A DNA stretch of 64,000 nucleotides. Origin: Myxococcota bacterium. Lineage in GTDB: Bacteria > Myxococcota_A > UBA9160 > UBA4427. The DNA is taken from positions 576,001 through 640,000 of the forward strand of contig OZ252299.1 of NCBI GenBank assembly GCA_965250285.1. Direction: 5' to 3'. Below the pieces are notes generated by a model that worked only from the letters and a program-made list of their open reading frames with translations, had not been told where the DNA came from and did no database searches. A program made the position numbers and the translations under genes. How positions within the stretch are numbered: position 1 is the first letter of the stretch; each line of letters starts with the position of its first letter. This document shows, one piece after another, positions 37,732-48,338 of this stretch.

Positions 37732-38703
37732 ATGGCCAGAAGATCGATCGGTGTCCCGGTCACCGTCGGCACGGTCCTCATCGTGCTGGTGCTCGCGCTC
37801 GCCGTCGGCTGGCAGGTGCTCGTATGGACTGATTCCGGGCCCGACCCGGCCGCGCTGCCCCGCCTCGACTGGCTGCTGCTGGTGCTCGGCACGACGTTCT
37901 TCGCAGTGGTCATGATCGGTCTCGTCTGGCTCTGCACCTGGCTGGTCGCCGAGGTTCGCCTCAATCAGCGCCAGCGCGCGTTTCTCGACGCCGTGACCCA
38001 CGAGATGAAGACCCCGCTCGCGTCGGTTCGGCTCGGCCTCGAGACCCTCGATCGGCACAACCTCGACGAAGCGCGTCGGCACGACTTTCTGCGCAGCATG
38101 GGCGAAGACCTCGATCGCCTCGACGAGACGATCGCGCTCGTCCTGGCCGCAGCGCGGGCCGAGGAGCGAGGCCGGGGCGACTGGCGCCGACGCCCGGCCA
38201 TCGAGCTGGGGGACGTGATCGACGACTCGGTGCACGAGCTCGTCGAGCGCCACGGGCTACCGGCCTCGGCCGTCACGGTCGATCCGATCGCCCCGGTTCG
38301 CGTGCTCGGCGATCGCAGCGAGCTCTCGCTGATCTTCCGCAATCTGCTCGAGAATGCGTTCAAGTACTCGCGGGGTGAGCCGGCGATCCACGTGAGCGTG
38401 CAGCAGCCCTCCGAGGGCCGCGTTGCGATCGCGATCGGCGACGAGGGCATCGGGATCCCGCGCCACGAGCTGCGCAAGATCTTCAACCGCTTCTATCGTG
38501 CGGGGCGCGACGTGCAGAGGCAGGTGGCGGGGCTCGGCCTCGGGCTCTTCGTCGTGCGTGCCATGGTGCGCAAGCAGGGGGGGCGTGTGGTCGCCGAGAG
38601 CGAAGGAGCGGGCCAGGGCAGCCGCTTCGTCGTGACGTTGCGCACAGCAGCTCGCAGCGAGCGCAGCGCCAGCAGCATGCACCCGGCGCCCCACGCCGGC
38701 TGA
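37732..38703 (+). CDS. Sensor histidine kinase
   Basis: Two TMs; THEMKTPL, NLLENAFKYS, DEGIGI, FNRFYR, GLGLGL. Confidence 0.95.
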   Translation: MARRSIGVPVTVGTVLIVLVLALAVGWQVLVWTDSGPDPAALPRLDWLLLVLGTTFFAVVMIGLVWLCTWLVAEVRLNQRQRAFLDAVTHEMKTPLASVRLGLETLDRHNLDEARRHDFLRSMGEDLDRLDETIALVLAAARAEERGRGDWRRRPAIELGDVIDDSVHELVERHGLPASAVTVDPIAPVRVLGDRSELSLIFRNLLENAFKYSRGEPAIHVSVQQPSEGRVAIAIGDEGIGIPRHELRKIFNRFYRAGRDVQRQVAGLGLGLFVVRAMVRKQGGRVVAESEGAGQGSRFVVTLRTAARSERSASSMHPAPHAG

Positions 38704-38735
38704 GGGCTTCGAGGCCCGCGAGGAAGACGTCGCAC

Positions 38736-39437
38736 GTGTCCCACATCCTGATCGTCGAAGACGAGGCCCACATCGCCGAGGGTCTCCGCTTCAATCTCGA
38801 GGCCGAGGGCTACGCGGTCGACGTCGTCGGCGATGGCCGGGCCGCGACCGAGGAGCTGGCGCGCGAGGATTGCGACGTCGATCTGGTGATCCTCGACCTG
38901 ATGCTGCCCGAGATGAACGGCTTCGAGGTGGCGCGGCGGATGCGGGCCGCGGGCAACTACGCGTCGATCCTCATGTTGACGGCGCTCGATGGCTCGGCCG
39001 ACGTGGTGCGGGGGCTCGAAGAGGGCGCCGACGACTATCTGACGAAGCCGTTTCGTCTCGAAGAGCTGCTCGCGCGCGTACGGGGGCTGCTGCGTCGTCG
39101 TCGCTGGGACGGCGTCGACGACGCGCCCGACAAGCCGCGGGTGGTCGAGTTCGGCGAGGCGAAGCTGCACCTCGATCGTTTCGAGCTCGAGACGCAGGGC
39201 GAGACGATTCGCCTCACGACGCGCGAGATGGGGCTGCTCCGCGCGTTGATCGAGCGTGAGGGTGAGGTCGTGACGCGGGGCGAACTGCTCGAAGAGGTCT
39301 GGGGTTTGCGCCCCGATACGCGAACCCGCGTCATCGACAGCTTCATCGTGCGGCTGCGTCGTTACATCGAGACCGACCCGGCACGGCCGCGACACATCGT
39401 GTCGGTTCGTGGCCACGGCTACCGCTTTCAGAGATAG
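38736..39437 (+). CDS. OmpR-family response regulator
   Basis: VEDE, LDLMLP, GADDYLTKPF, winged helix RVIDSFIVRLR...VRGHGY. Confidence 0.96.
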   Translation: MSHILIVEDEAHIAEGLRFNLEAEGYAVDVVGDGRAATEELAREDCDVDLVILDLMLPEMNGFEVARRMRAAGNYASILMLTALDGSADVVRGLEEGADDYLTKPFRLEELLARVRGLLRRRRWDGVDDAPDKPRVVEFGEAKLHLDRFELETQGETIRLTTREMGLLRALIEREGEVVTRGELLEEVWGLRPDTRTRVIDSFIVRLRRYIETDPARPRHIVSVRGHGYRFQR

Positions 39438-39557
39438 CGTCGACCGCGGTGCCACCCGACGACGCGCAGGCTTCGACTTTCGTACCCGCTGTGCGTGACA
39501 CGACGTTCGCACATCGGCCCTTGTGGCGTCGACGGAGAACGTGCCACTCTTTCTGTC

Positions 39558-40337
39558 GTGGACTCACCGCTTCGGTTTCACGTGCGCCCCGAGCTCGATC
39601 GTCCCTGGCTGCTTCTCGCCTTCGAAGGCTGGAACGACGCCGGTGAGGCGGGGACGACGGCGCTTCGGTACGTCTCGGATTCGATGCGCTCGGTGCCGCT
39701 GGCCGACGTCGATCCCGACGAGTTCTACGACTTCACCGTGCGTCGACCGCTCGTCTCGATCGATGACGAAGGCGAGCGCCATGTCGATTGGCCCGCGACC
39801 GAGTTTCGCTACGGCACGCTCGTCGATGGCCGCGAGCTGGTCATCGGCGTCGGGGTCGAGCCGCACTTCCGGTGGCGCCGGTACTGCGACGCCGTGGTCG
39901 ATCTCGCGCTCGACATGGGAGTTCAGCAGGTCGCGCTCGTCGGCGGGTACCTCGCCGACGTGGTGTACAGCCAGCCCGTCGCGTTGACCGGTCTGGCGAC
40001 GGAGCCCGTCGACCTCGAAGCGCTCGGTGTGTCGACGTCACGCTACGAGGGGCCGATCGGCATCCTCGGCGTGCTCGACGAGCGGCTCCGGCGTGAAGGC
40101 CTCTCGGTCACGAGCATCTGGGCCGGCTTGCCGCACTACATCGACGCCTCTCCCAACCCGCGCGGTGCACTCGCCCTCGTGCACAAGCTCGGCGAGCTGG
40201 TCGAGATGGAGGTCGACGACGCGGCGCTTCGGCTCGAAGCGGCCGAGTTCGAAGAGCGGGTATCGAAGGTCGTGGCTGCGGATGCAGAGCTCGCGGACTA
40301 CGTGCGGCGGCTGAAGAAGCGGGAGTTTGCGCAGTAG
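39558..40337 (+). CDS. PAC2 (proteasome assembly chaperone) family protein
   Basis: AFEGWNDAGEA, DPDEFYDF...RP, GVEPHFRWR.Y, YEGPIGI, WAGLPHY, PNPRG. Confidence 0.88.
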   Translation: MDSPLRFHVRPELDRPWLLLAFEGWNDAGEAGTTALRYVSDSMRSVPLADVDPDEFYDFTVRRPLVSIDDEGERHVDWPATEFRYGTLVDGRELVIGVGVEPHFRWRRYCDAVVDLALDMGVQQVALVGGYLADVVYSQPVALTGLATEPVDLEALGVSTSRYEGPIGILGVLDERLRREGLSVTSIWAGLPHYIDASPNPRGALALVHKLGELVEMEVDDAALRLEAAEFEERVSKVVAADAELADYVRRLKKREFAQ

Positions 40338-40374
40338 CGGTTTCGCGTGCGCGTGGACGTGAGCGGTTGCTCGG

Positions 40375-40508
40375 TTCGCGTTTTCGGGGTGTCGTCCTCA
40401 GATTCCGGCGGGCCCGTTCTGCCGAAACGATTCGCATCTGCTCGTTTGGTGCCGCTTGGGTTGGGCTGGCCCGCCTTCAACTTGCGGGCGCCACCCCGAA
40501 AACGCGAA
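40375..40508 (+). repeat. 134-bp hairpin unit A
   Basis: 17-bp perfect terminal inverted repeat TTCGCGTTTTCGGGGTG / CACCCCGAAAACGCGAA; inner GGCGGGC/GCCCGCC stem. Confidence 0.9.
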
Positions 40509-40741
40509 GCGTCGATCGAGTGGCCGCGTGCTTGCTTGGAGAGGGGGGCTCGTCGCGGCCTGGCGGGCCGCGGCTCGCCGCTCTTGCAACGCCCCCGTCG
40601 AGATCGAACCACTCCGCGCGTGCGAGCTTGGCCAAAGCAACGCGAACCAACGGGGGACGAGGCCTGAAGGCCGAGGCCCCGCTCCCAACCAAAGAGAATG
40701 GGGGGCGCACCGCTTCTGGGATCGAGTCCCACGGCGCGTCT

Positions 40742-40875
40742 CGGGTTTTCGAGGGGGGCGCCCGCAAGTTGGAGGCGGGCGCCAAAGCAGCTCAAGTGTT
40801 GCGGCCCAGGCGAAAGCGCCCCAATCCCGTACAGCCAGCCCGCCGGAATCTGAGGACGCCCCCCTCGAAAACCCG
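40742..40875 (-). repeat. 134-bp hairpin unit B (inverted homologue of A)
   Basis: 19-bp perfect terminal inverted repeat CGGGTTTTCGAGGGGGGCG / CGCCCCCCTCGAAAACCCG; shares CGTCCTCAGATTCCGGCGGGC and CAACTTGCGGGCGCC with A. Confidence 0.9.
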
Positions 40876-40898
40876 CCCGGGCACAACCTTCGAACGAG

Positions 40899-41147
40899 CT
40901 AAAGCTCGATCGACTCCTCCACCAGCATCACCGGAATATCATCATCCACCACGTACAGCACCCGCCCGTCTTCTCGCACCAACCCTTCGGCGATCGCCTT
41001 CTCGGGCTTGTCACCGCCCCGGTTGCGCAGGGTGCCGGCCTTGATCTTCTCGTTCAGGTCGGCGACCACGCCAGCGTCGGCGACGCTCAGCGCTTGCTTC
41101 GTCTCGGGGCAGACCAGGATCTCGAGCAGCTCGGCGTTGACGGGCAT
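40899..41147 (-). CDS. Trm112 family protein
   Basis: AAGGAG RBS; LLEILVCP..K..L ... Y.V.DDIPVMLVEE. Confidence 0.85.
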   Translation of the reverse strand: MPVNAELLEILVCPETKQALSVADAGVVADLNEKIKAGTLRNRGGDKPEKAIAEGLVREDGRVLYVVDDDIPVMLVEESIEL

Positions 41148-41203
41148 CGGGGTTCTCCTTGCAGGGCGTGCCCGGGCGGGAGCCCGGGCGTGGGCGCCGG
41201 ACT

Positions 41204-42436
<1,233 letters not shown>

Positions 42437-42485
42437 GGGGTTCTCCTGCGATCTGATTGTGAAGGTGGGCGCGTGCGCGAGTGAC

Positions 42486-43565
42486 TCAGATCTGTGTCAT
42501 GGCTTCGAGGCTGCTCGTGAAACCGACGGCGTTGCGCAGGTACATCTCGGGCAGGTAGTCACGAATGAAGCCGTGGCCGCCGAAGACCTGCACCGAGTCG
42601 TCGGCGCACTTGAGCGCGACTTGCTTGGCCTGGTTGTAGGCGAGCGTGGCCTTGCGGCTCGCATCCACGCCCTGGTCGAGGTCGTTTGCCGCCTCCCAGG
42701 TCAAGAGTCGCGCGGCGTCGATCTCGATCGCCATGTCGGCGAGCTTGAACGCGATGGCCTGCCGCGTCGCGATCGGCGCGCCGAACGTCTCGCGCTCCTT
42801 CGCGTAGTCGCGGGCGATCTCGAACGCCGCCCGCGCCATGCCTACGGCGCACGCGGCGAGGCCGACCCGCCCGCGGTGCACGACCGACCGGACGTCGCCG
42901 CCGAGCTTGGCGCTCGCATCGACGCGCACGTTCGAGAGCGTCAGCTCGGCCGTCGGGATGCCGCGCAGGCCGACGTTCTTCTCACGCTCGGCGCTGAGCC
43001 CGTCGGCGTCGCGCGGCACGACGTAGGCGCCGAGCTCGCCGCCGTCCGCGGCGAACACGAGCACGTGTCGGCCCCCGTCGAGCCAGGGCACCTGGGCCTT
43101 CTGGCCATCGATCACGATCGTGTCGCCGTCCTGCTTGGCGGTCGTCTGCGGTCGGTAGGGGTCGCTGTCCCAACGCGGCTCGGTGATCGCGAGCGCACCG
43201 GGGACGAAGGCGTCGCCGAGCAGCGTGGGCAGGATCTCGGCCTGCAGGGCCTCGCTGCCGAGCGTGGCCACCGGTATGCCCAGCAGCCCCGGGGACAGGA
43301 TCGCCAGCGCCGTCGAGACGTCGCCCCAGGCGAGCTCCTCCGCGATCAGGCAGCCGGTCATCGCGCTCGGCTCCCCGCCGCCGCCGTGGGCTTCGGGCAG
43401 GCCATTCGCCACGAGGCCGAGCTCGTGGGCGCCGGCGAGCAGCCCCGCGTCGGCCGCGGCGGCCTCGTCGCACTCGCGTGCCTTCGGGCGGATCTCGTTC
43501 TCGGCGAACTGCCGAACGGTCTCGATGATGAGCGCCTGCTCTTCGGTGGGTTCGAAGTCGATCAT
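42486..43565 (-). CDS. Acyl-CoA dehydrogenase (FadE24-like partner subunit)
   Basis: EELAWGD, ALAITEP, RETFG.PIA.RQAIAF.LADM, VQVFGGHGF. Confidence 0.88.
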   Translation of the reverse strand: MIDFEPTEEQALIIETVRQFAENEIRPKARECDEAAAADAGLLAGAHELGLVANGLPEAHGGGGEPSAMTGCLIAEELAWGDVSTALAILSPGLLGIPVATLGSEALQAEILPTLLGDAFVPGALAITEPRWDSDPYRPQTTAKQDGDTIVIDGQKAQVPWLDGGRHVLVFAADGGELGAYVVPRDADGLSAEREKNVGLRGIPTAELTLSNVRVDASAKLGGDVRSVVHRGRVGLAACAVGMARAAFEIARDYAKERETFGAPIATRQAIAFKLADMAIEIDAARLLTWEAANDLDQGVDASRKATLAYNQAKQVALKCADDSVQVFGGHGFIRDYLPEMYLRNAVGFTSSLEAMTQI

Positions 43566-44370
43566 GGGGATCCTCTGTGGGGCAGCCTTCGCGCGCCGCG
43601 CGGGCGCCGATGCTGAGGGGGCGCGGCCCCGGTGCGGGGAGCGAGCCCTGGGTTTCGACTCTGACTCGGACCGAGAGCGGGCGCTCTCTGAGCCCGGGCT
43701 CTCGGAGTGCTCGCTCCAGTCCTGGTGCCGCGGCCGCTGGGCCACCTCGACGTGCGATCGCGGCCGCCTCGGCAGCGCCGGCACGGACGAAGGCGTTCGG
43801 TGTGCTCGGCCGCGTACGGGTCACGCTGATCGGGCGCAGCTCGATGGTGCGCGCGACGGCTCGCAGTCTATCAAGCGCCCGTCGCGGTTGCTCGGTGCAC
43901 CGACCCGATGCACTCCGCCGCGTCCGCCGCGCTTTCGTGCCTCGAGGACGGGTGTGGCTTCGCCGCAACGATGCGCTGCGTTGGGGCGACACGAGCCGAC
44001 GTGGAAACTCCTGCTCGCACGCGTGGTTGACGAGGTGCAGGGACCGTTGTAACACCCTGCGCGTCGCTGCCGCGACACGCTGATTCGCTGCTCAAGTGCA
44101 TCCGGAATCAGTGGTTTTCGAGCGCGAACCGGCCATGATCGTCGCATCCGCACCGACGAGCTGTGCCGAGGCCCGATAGGGCCGAACCGACCCGCGTGGT
44201 CGGGCGAGACGGACGGAGGGTCGTCAGACCGTCCTCCACCGAATCAACGCAGCCATGACGTTCGCTCGATCGGCGAAGTCGTGGTCGCGCAGCCAGTCGG
44301 GCCGTCGTGCGCGCGTCACATCGACGCACACACGTGAGCGCCGACGAGCCGAAGGGCTGACGTCTCGAGG

Positions 44371-45114
44371 ATGAACATGCATCGCCAGGATGGTCGAGTC
44401 AGGTGTTGGAAGGCCGCGAGTGGTCTTCTGGTTCCCGCGCTCTTCGCCGTTCTCTTCTTGTGCCTGGGGTCGACTGCGGCCCAGGCCAGAGACGGTGAGG
44501 TGCTCGTGGCCGACAGTGTTTGTCGAGCGCACGAGCTGCGCTTCATGCAGGAAAACGATCCCGAGCTGCAAATCGAGATCCCGGCCGAGTTCGCGGGACC
44601 GTGGCCCTCGCGCAGCGCTTGCGAGAGCGCGGTCCTGGCCTGGGATCCCGAGGCGCCTGGGCCGAAGCAGCCGATCCCGTTCAGTCACAAGCACCACGCG
44701 GGTGAGTTCGGCATGGACTGCCTCTACTGCCATACCGGCACCGACCGCTCGCAGGCCGCGGGCGTTCCGTCCGTCGAGCTCTGCATGGGTTGCCACGCGC
44801 AGTTCCCCGCGACGTACGACGAGATCGAGGGCATCCGCATCTTGAAGGCGGCCTGGGAGACGAAGCAGCCGATCCTGTGGAATCAGATCCACCGGCTGCC
44901 CGAGCACGTGCAGTTCCGGCACAACCGCCACATCAAGGCGGGGCTCGACTGCCAGGAGTGCCACGGCCCCGTCGAAGAGATGGACAAGGTCTACCTGGTC
45001 CCCGACACGCAGTGGAAGTACTTCGTGCCCGCCCAGAAGATGGAGATGGGCTGGTGCATCGACTGTCACGAGGAGAAGGGCGCTTCGAAAGACTGTCTGA
45101 AGTGCCACTACTGA
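44371..45114 (+). CDS. actA: Alternative complex III pentaheme cytochrome c subunit
   Basis: QPIPFSHKHH; five CxxCH (CLYCH, CMGCH, CQECH, CIDCH, CLKCH); MGWC; first gene of the act cluster. Confidence 0.9.
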   Translation: MNMHRQDGRVRCWKAASGLLVPALFAVLFLCLGSTAAQARDGEVLVADSVCRAHELRFMQENDPELQIEIPAEFAGPWPSRSACESAVLAWDPEAPGPKQPIPFSHKHHAGEFGMDCLYCHTGTDRSQAAGVPSVELCMGCHAQFPATYDEIEGIRILKAAWETKQPILWNQIHRLPEHVQFRHNRHIKAGLDCQECHGPVEEMDKVYLVPDTQWKYFVPAQKMEMGWCIDCHEEKGASKDCLKCHY

Positions 45115-45305
45115 GACAGCGCGAAGAGTAAGAAGACGCTCATCATCGAACGGCCCTGAAGCCTCAATCGAGCCGAGCTGCACGAAGCGCGTGGCGAGAG
45201 AGAGAAAGAAAGAGAACAGGGCGAGGACATCGACCCCAGGTCACCGAGCCGGCTGCGAGCGGCCGCCGGTCCCCGGAAACCCGGGACGAAACCCAGGACA
45301 ACGAC

Positions 45306-48300
45306 ATGCCTGAGCTTGATCGACGAGACTTCCTGAAGATTGTGGGCCTTGGGGCCGGCGCGGCTGCCGCGTCGGGCTGCTCGGACCCGATCGAGAAGCT
45401 CGTCCCCTACGTGATCCAGCCGGAGTCGGTCACCCCCGGCATCGCCACGATCTATGCATCGACCTGTCAGGAGTGCAGCCTCGGCTGTGGCCTCCACGTG
45501 CGCACGCGCGAAGGCCGGCCGATCAAGCTCGAAGGCAACCCCGATCATCCGATCAATCAGGGCGCGCTGTGCTCGCGGGGCCAGATGGGCCTCTCGCGCG
45601 CCTACCACCCCGATCGCTATGACAGCCCCAAGAAGCAGGGCGGCTCTGGCCTCGAGGCAACCGGCTGGGACGAGGCGATGGCCTCGCTCGGCGGCCAGAT
45701 CGGCGAGGGCACCGTGGTGCTCGGCGGACCGGTCGGCCCGAGCCTGTCGGGTGTGATCGACGCATTCGTGACCGGCGTCGGTGGCCAGCGGATCGTGTAC
45801 GAAGCGTTTTCGACCGATGCGCTGCGCACGGCGACCGAGAAGGTCTTCGGCGTCGCCACGCTGCCGATCTTCGACTTGACCGACACCGACCTCGTCGTCG
45901 ACTTCGGCTACGACGTGATCGACACGGGTAAGTCGTCCGTCGAGCATTCGCGTCAGCTGGCCGACGCCCGGGACGTCGAGAAGCACAAGGACGGCGGCGC
46001 GCGGCTCGTCTCGATCAGCCCGCGCATGAACCTCACCACGGGCAACGCCGACGAGTGGATCCCCGCGAAGCCCGGCAGCGAGGGGCTGATCGCTCTGGCC
46101 CTCGCCCAGGCCGTCGCGCAGAAGAAGGGCGCCGACGGCGCGCTTCAGGCCGCCCTCGACGGCGCCAATGCGAGCGACGCGGCCTCGAAGGCAGGCATCG
46201 ACCAGGCCCAGCTCGACGCACTGGCGGACCGGCTCGCAAGCGCCAAGAACGCGATCGCGCTGCCGCCCGGCGTCGCCGTCACGTCGAGCGTGGCCGTTTC
46301 GGCGAATGCGGCGGTGCTGCTGCTGAACGCGGCCATCGGTGCCGTGGGCAACGCCGTGACTCTGCCCGCTCCGACGGGTGCCGCGACCGCGACATACGCC
46401 GAGCTGGAGCAGCTCGTCGATGCCATGAACTCCGGCGCGGTCAAGACGCTGCTGATCCACGACAGCAACCCGGTCTATTCGCTGCCGACCTCGCTCGGCT
46501 TTGCCGAGGCGCTCGACAAGGTCGACACCGTCGTCTCGTTCGCTTCGATGAAGGACGAGACGAGTGAGGCCGCGACCCTCGTGCTGCCCGACCATGCGCC
46601 CATGGAGGCCTGGGGCGACGCCGAGCCGCGTCCTGGAGTCCGGTCGATCGTGCAGCCGACGCTGCGCCCGCTGATGGATACGCGAGCGCTGGGCGACACC
46701 CTGCTCGAGCTCGGCCGCGCCAAGGGCGCGACGATGCCCGAGGGCTCGTTCCACGAGGTCGTCAAGGCGAACTGGGCCGAGACCGACTGGGTGACCGCGC
46801 TCTCGAACGGCGGTCTCTTCGGCGAGGTGCAGACGGTGCCGGCCGAGGTGCAGAGCGTCGCGGGGATCGACCCGGGCGCGCCCTCGTTCGAGGGAGACGG
46901 CGACTTCATGCTGGTCGCCTTCCCGCACTCGTTCCAGACCGATGGCAGCGGAGCGAGCTTGCCGTGGGCACAGGAGGTACCCGACCCGGTCACCAAGATC
47001 AGCTGGAACAGCTGGGTCGAGATGAGTCAGACCAAGGCCGAAGAGATCGGCGTCACGTTTGGTGATGTCGTGCGCGTCCGGACCCCGGGCGGTGACCTCG
47101 AGCTCTCGGTGTATCCGCGCGGCGGCATCCGCGATGACGTGATTGCGATTCCGACGGGCCAGGGCCACACCGTTGGCTTCTACTCGTCGATGGCGACCGA
47201 GGTCGACCAGGTCGACGTCGAGCCCGGCACCGCGCGGGGCGTGAACGTGCTCTCGGTTCTGCCGGGCGCCGCGGGCGAAGACGGCACGCGCGTCTACCTC
47301 GGCACAAAGGCCGCCATCGAGAAGACCGGCCGATTCCGGCGTCTGGCCCTCTCTCAGTGGACGGACAACCAGCGCGGTCGCGATCTCGCCCCGACGCTGT
47401 CGCTGATGGAGCTCGCCGAAGACACCCACAAGGTGGCCCACTTCGCCGCGCAGTCGGCCGAGGATGGCGATGATCACGGCGCAGGGCACGGCGACGACGT
47501 GCCCCACGGCGGCGACGATCACCACCTCCTGCCCTTCGACCCGGCCTACGACGCGAAGCCCGGTCAGCCCTATCGCTGGGGCATGGTGATCGACAACGAT
47601 CGCTGCGACGGCTGCAGCGCCTGCATCACCGCCTGCTACATCGAGAACAACGTCTCGATCGTGGGCGAGACCCAGGCGATCAAGCATCGCGAAATGACCT
47701 GGCTGCGCATCGAGCGGTACATCGGCGATGGAGATCGCGAAGGCGGCGAGTCGCGTCGGCCGTATCCGACGCTCGAGCGGCTCGGTGACACCGACGTCCG
47801 CCACCTCGCGATGCCTTGCCAGCACTGCGGCGCGGCGCCCTGCGAGGCGGTGTGCCCGGTCATCGGCACGTACCACACCGACGAAGGCCTGAATGGCATG
47901 GTCTACAACCGCTGCGTCGGCACTCGCTACTGCGCGAACAACTGCGTGTACAAGGTGCGCCGGTTCAACTACTGGGATTACGGCAACAAGAACTGGCCCG
48001 GCATGCTCGGCATGATGCTGAACCCCGATGTCACCGTGCGGCAGCAGGGTGTCATGGAGAAGTGCAGCTTCTGTGTCCAGCGCATCGAGCAGGCGCGACA
48101 GCCCGCCAAGGACGCCGGCCGCCCGATTCGCGACGGCGAAGTCGTGACGGCCTGCCAGCAGACGTGCCCGAGCGGCGCCATCACGTTCGGCAACTGGCGT
48201 GAAGAAGACGCTCAGATCAACAAGCTCGTGAACGACAATCCACGCAACTACAACGTGCTGCATGTCCTGAATGCCAGACCGGCTGTCAGCTACCTCGCGC

Positions 48301-48338
48301 AGGTCACGCGCGAAGATCAGGAGGGGCACCACTCATGA
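45306..48338 (+). CDS. actB: Alternative complex III subunit B (Tat-exported molybdopterin-enzyme-like + Fe-S domains)
   Basis: RRDFLK Tat motif; GRPIKLEGNPDHP; QEVPDPVTKISW; CxxCxxCxxxC clusters; CVGTRYCANNC; GVMEKCSFC. Confidence 0.93.
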   Translation: MPELDRRDFLKIVGLGAGAAAASGCSDPIEKLVPYVIQPESVTPGIATIYASTCQECSLGCGLHVRTREGRPIKLEGNPDHPINQGALCSRGQMGLSRAYHPDRYDSPKKQGGSGLEATGWDEAMASLGGQIGEGTVVLGGPVGPSLSGVIDAFVTGVGGQRIVYEAFSTDALRTATEKVFGVATLPIFDLTDTDLVVDFGYDVIDTGKSSVEHSRQLADARDVEKHKDGGARLVSISPRMNLTTGNADEWIPAKPGSEGLIALALAQAVAQKKGADGALQAALDGANASDAASKAGIDQAQLDALADRLASAKNAIALPPGVAVTSSVAVSANAAVLLLNAAIGAVGNAVTLPAPTGAATATYAELEQLVDAMNSGAVKTLLIHDSNPVYSLPTSLGFAEALDKVDTVVSFASMKDETSEAATLVLPDHAPMEAWGDAEPRPGVRSIVQPTLRPLMDTRALGDTLLELGRAKGATMPEGSFHEVVKANWAETDWVTALSNGGLFGEVQTVPAEVQSVAGIDPGAPSFEGDGDFMLVAFPHSFQTDGSGASLPWAQEVPDPVTKISWNSWVEMSQTKAEEIGVTFGDVVRVRTPGGDLELSVYPRGGIRDDVIAIPTGQGHTVGFYSSMATEVDQVDVEPGTARGVNVLSVLPGAAGEDGTRVYLGTKAAIEKTGRFRRLALSQWTDNQRGRDLAPTLSLMELAEDTHKVAHFAAQSAEDGDDHGAGHGDDVPHGGDDHHLLPFDPAYDAKPGQPYRWGMVIDNDRCDGCSACITACYIENNVSIVGETQAIKHREMTWLRIERYIGDGDREGGESRRPYPTLERLGDTDVRHLAMPCQHCGAAPCEAVCPVIGTYHTDEGLNGMVYNRCVGTRYCANNCVYKVRRFNYWDYGNKNWPGMLGMMLNPDVTVRQQGVMEKCSFCVQRIEQARQPAKDAGRPIRDGEVVTACQQTCPSGAITFGNWREEDAQINKLVNDNPRNYNVLHVLNARPAVSYLAQVTREDQEGHHS

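Noticed and set aside
40338..40898. ORFs of 100-225 aa in the repeat region
   Set aside because: No coding signature or transposase motifs; better explained by the inverted hairpin units
44027..44111. Promoter TTGACG-N17-TAACAC and dyad CTGATTC...GAATCAG upstream of actA
   Set aside because: Plausible, but the -10 is weak and the dyad short; not enough support to list as features
45115..45305. Small gene or RNA between actA and actB
   Set aside because: Purine-rich 190-bp gap with no convincing RBS-ORF or stable structure visible by eye
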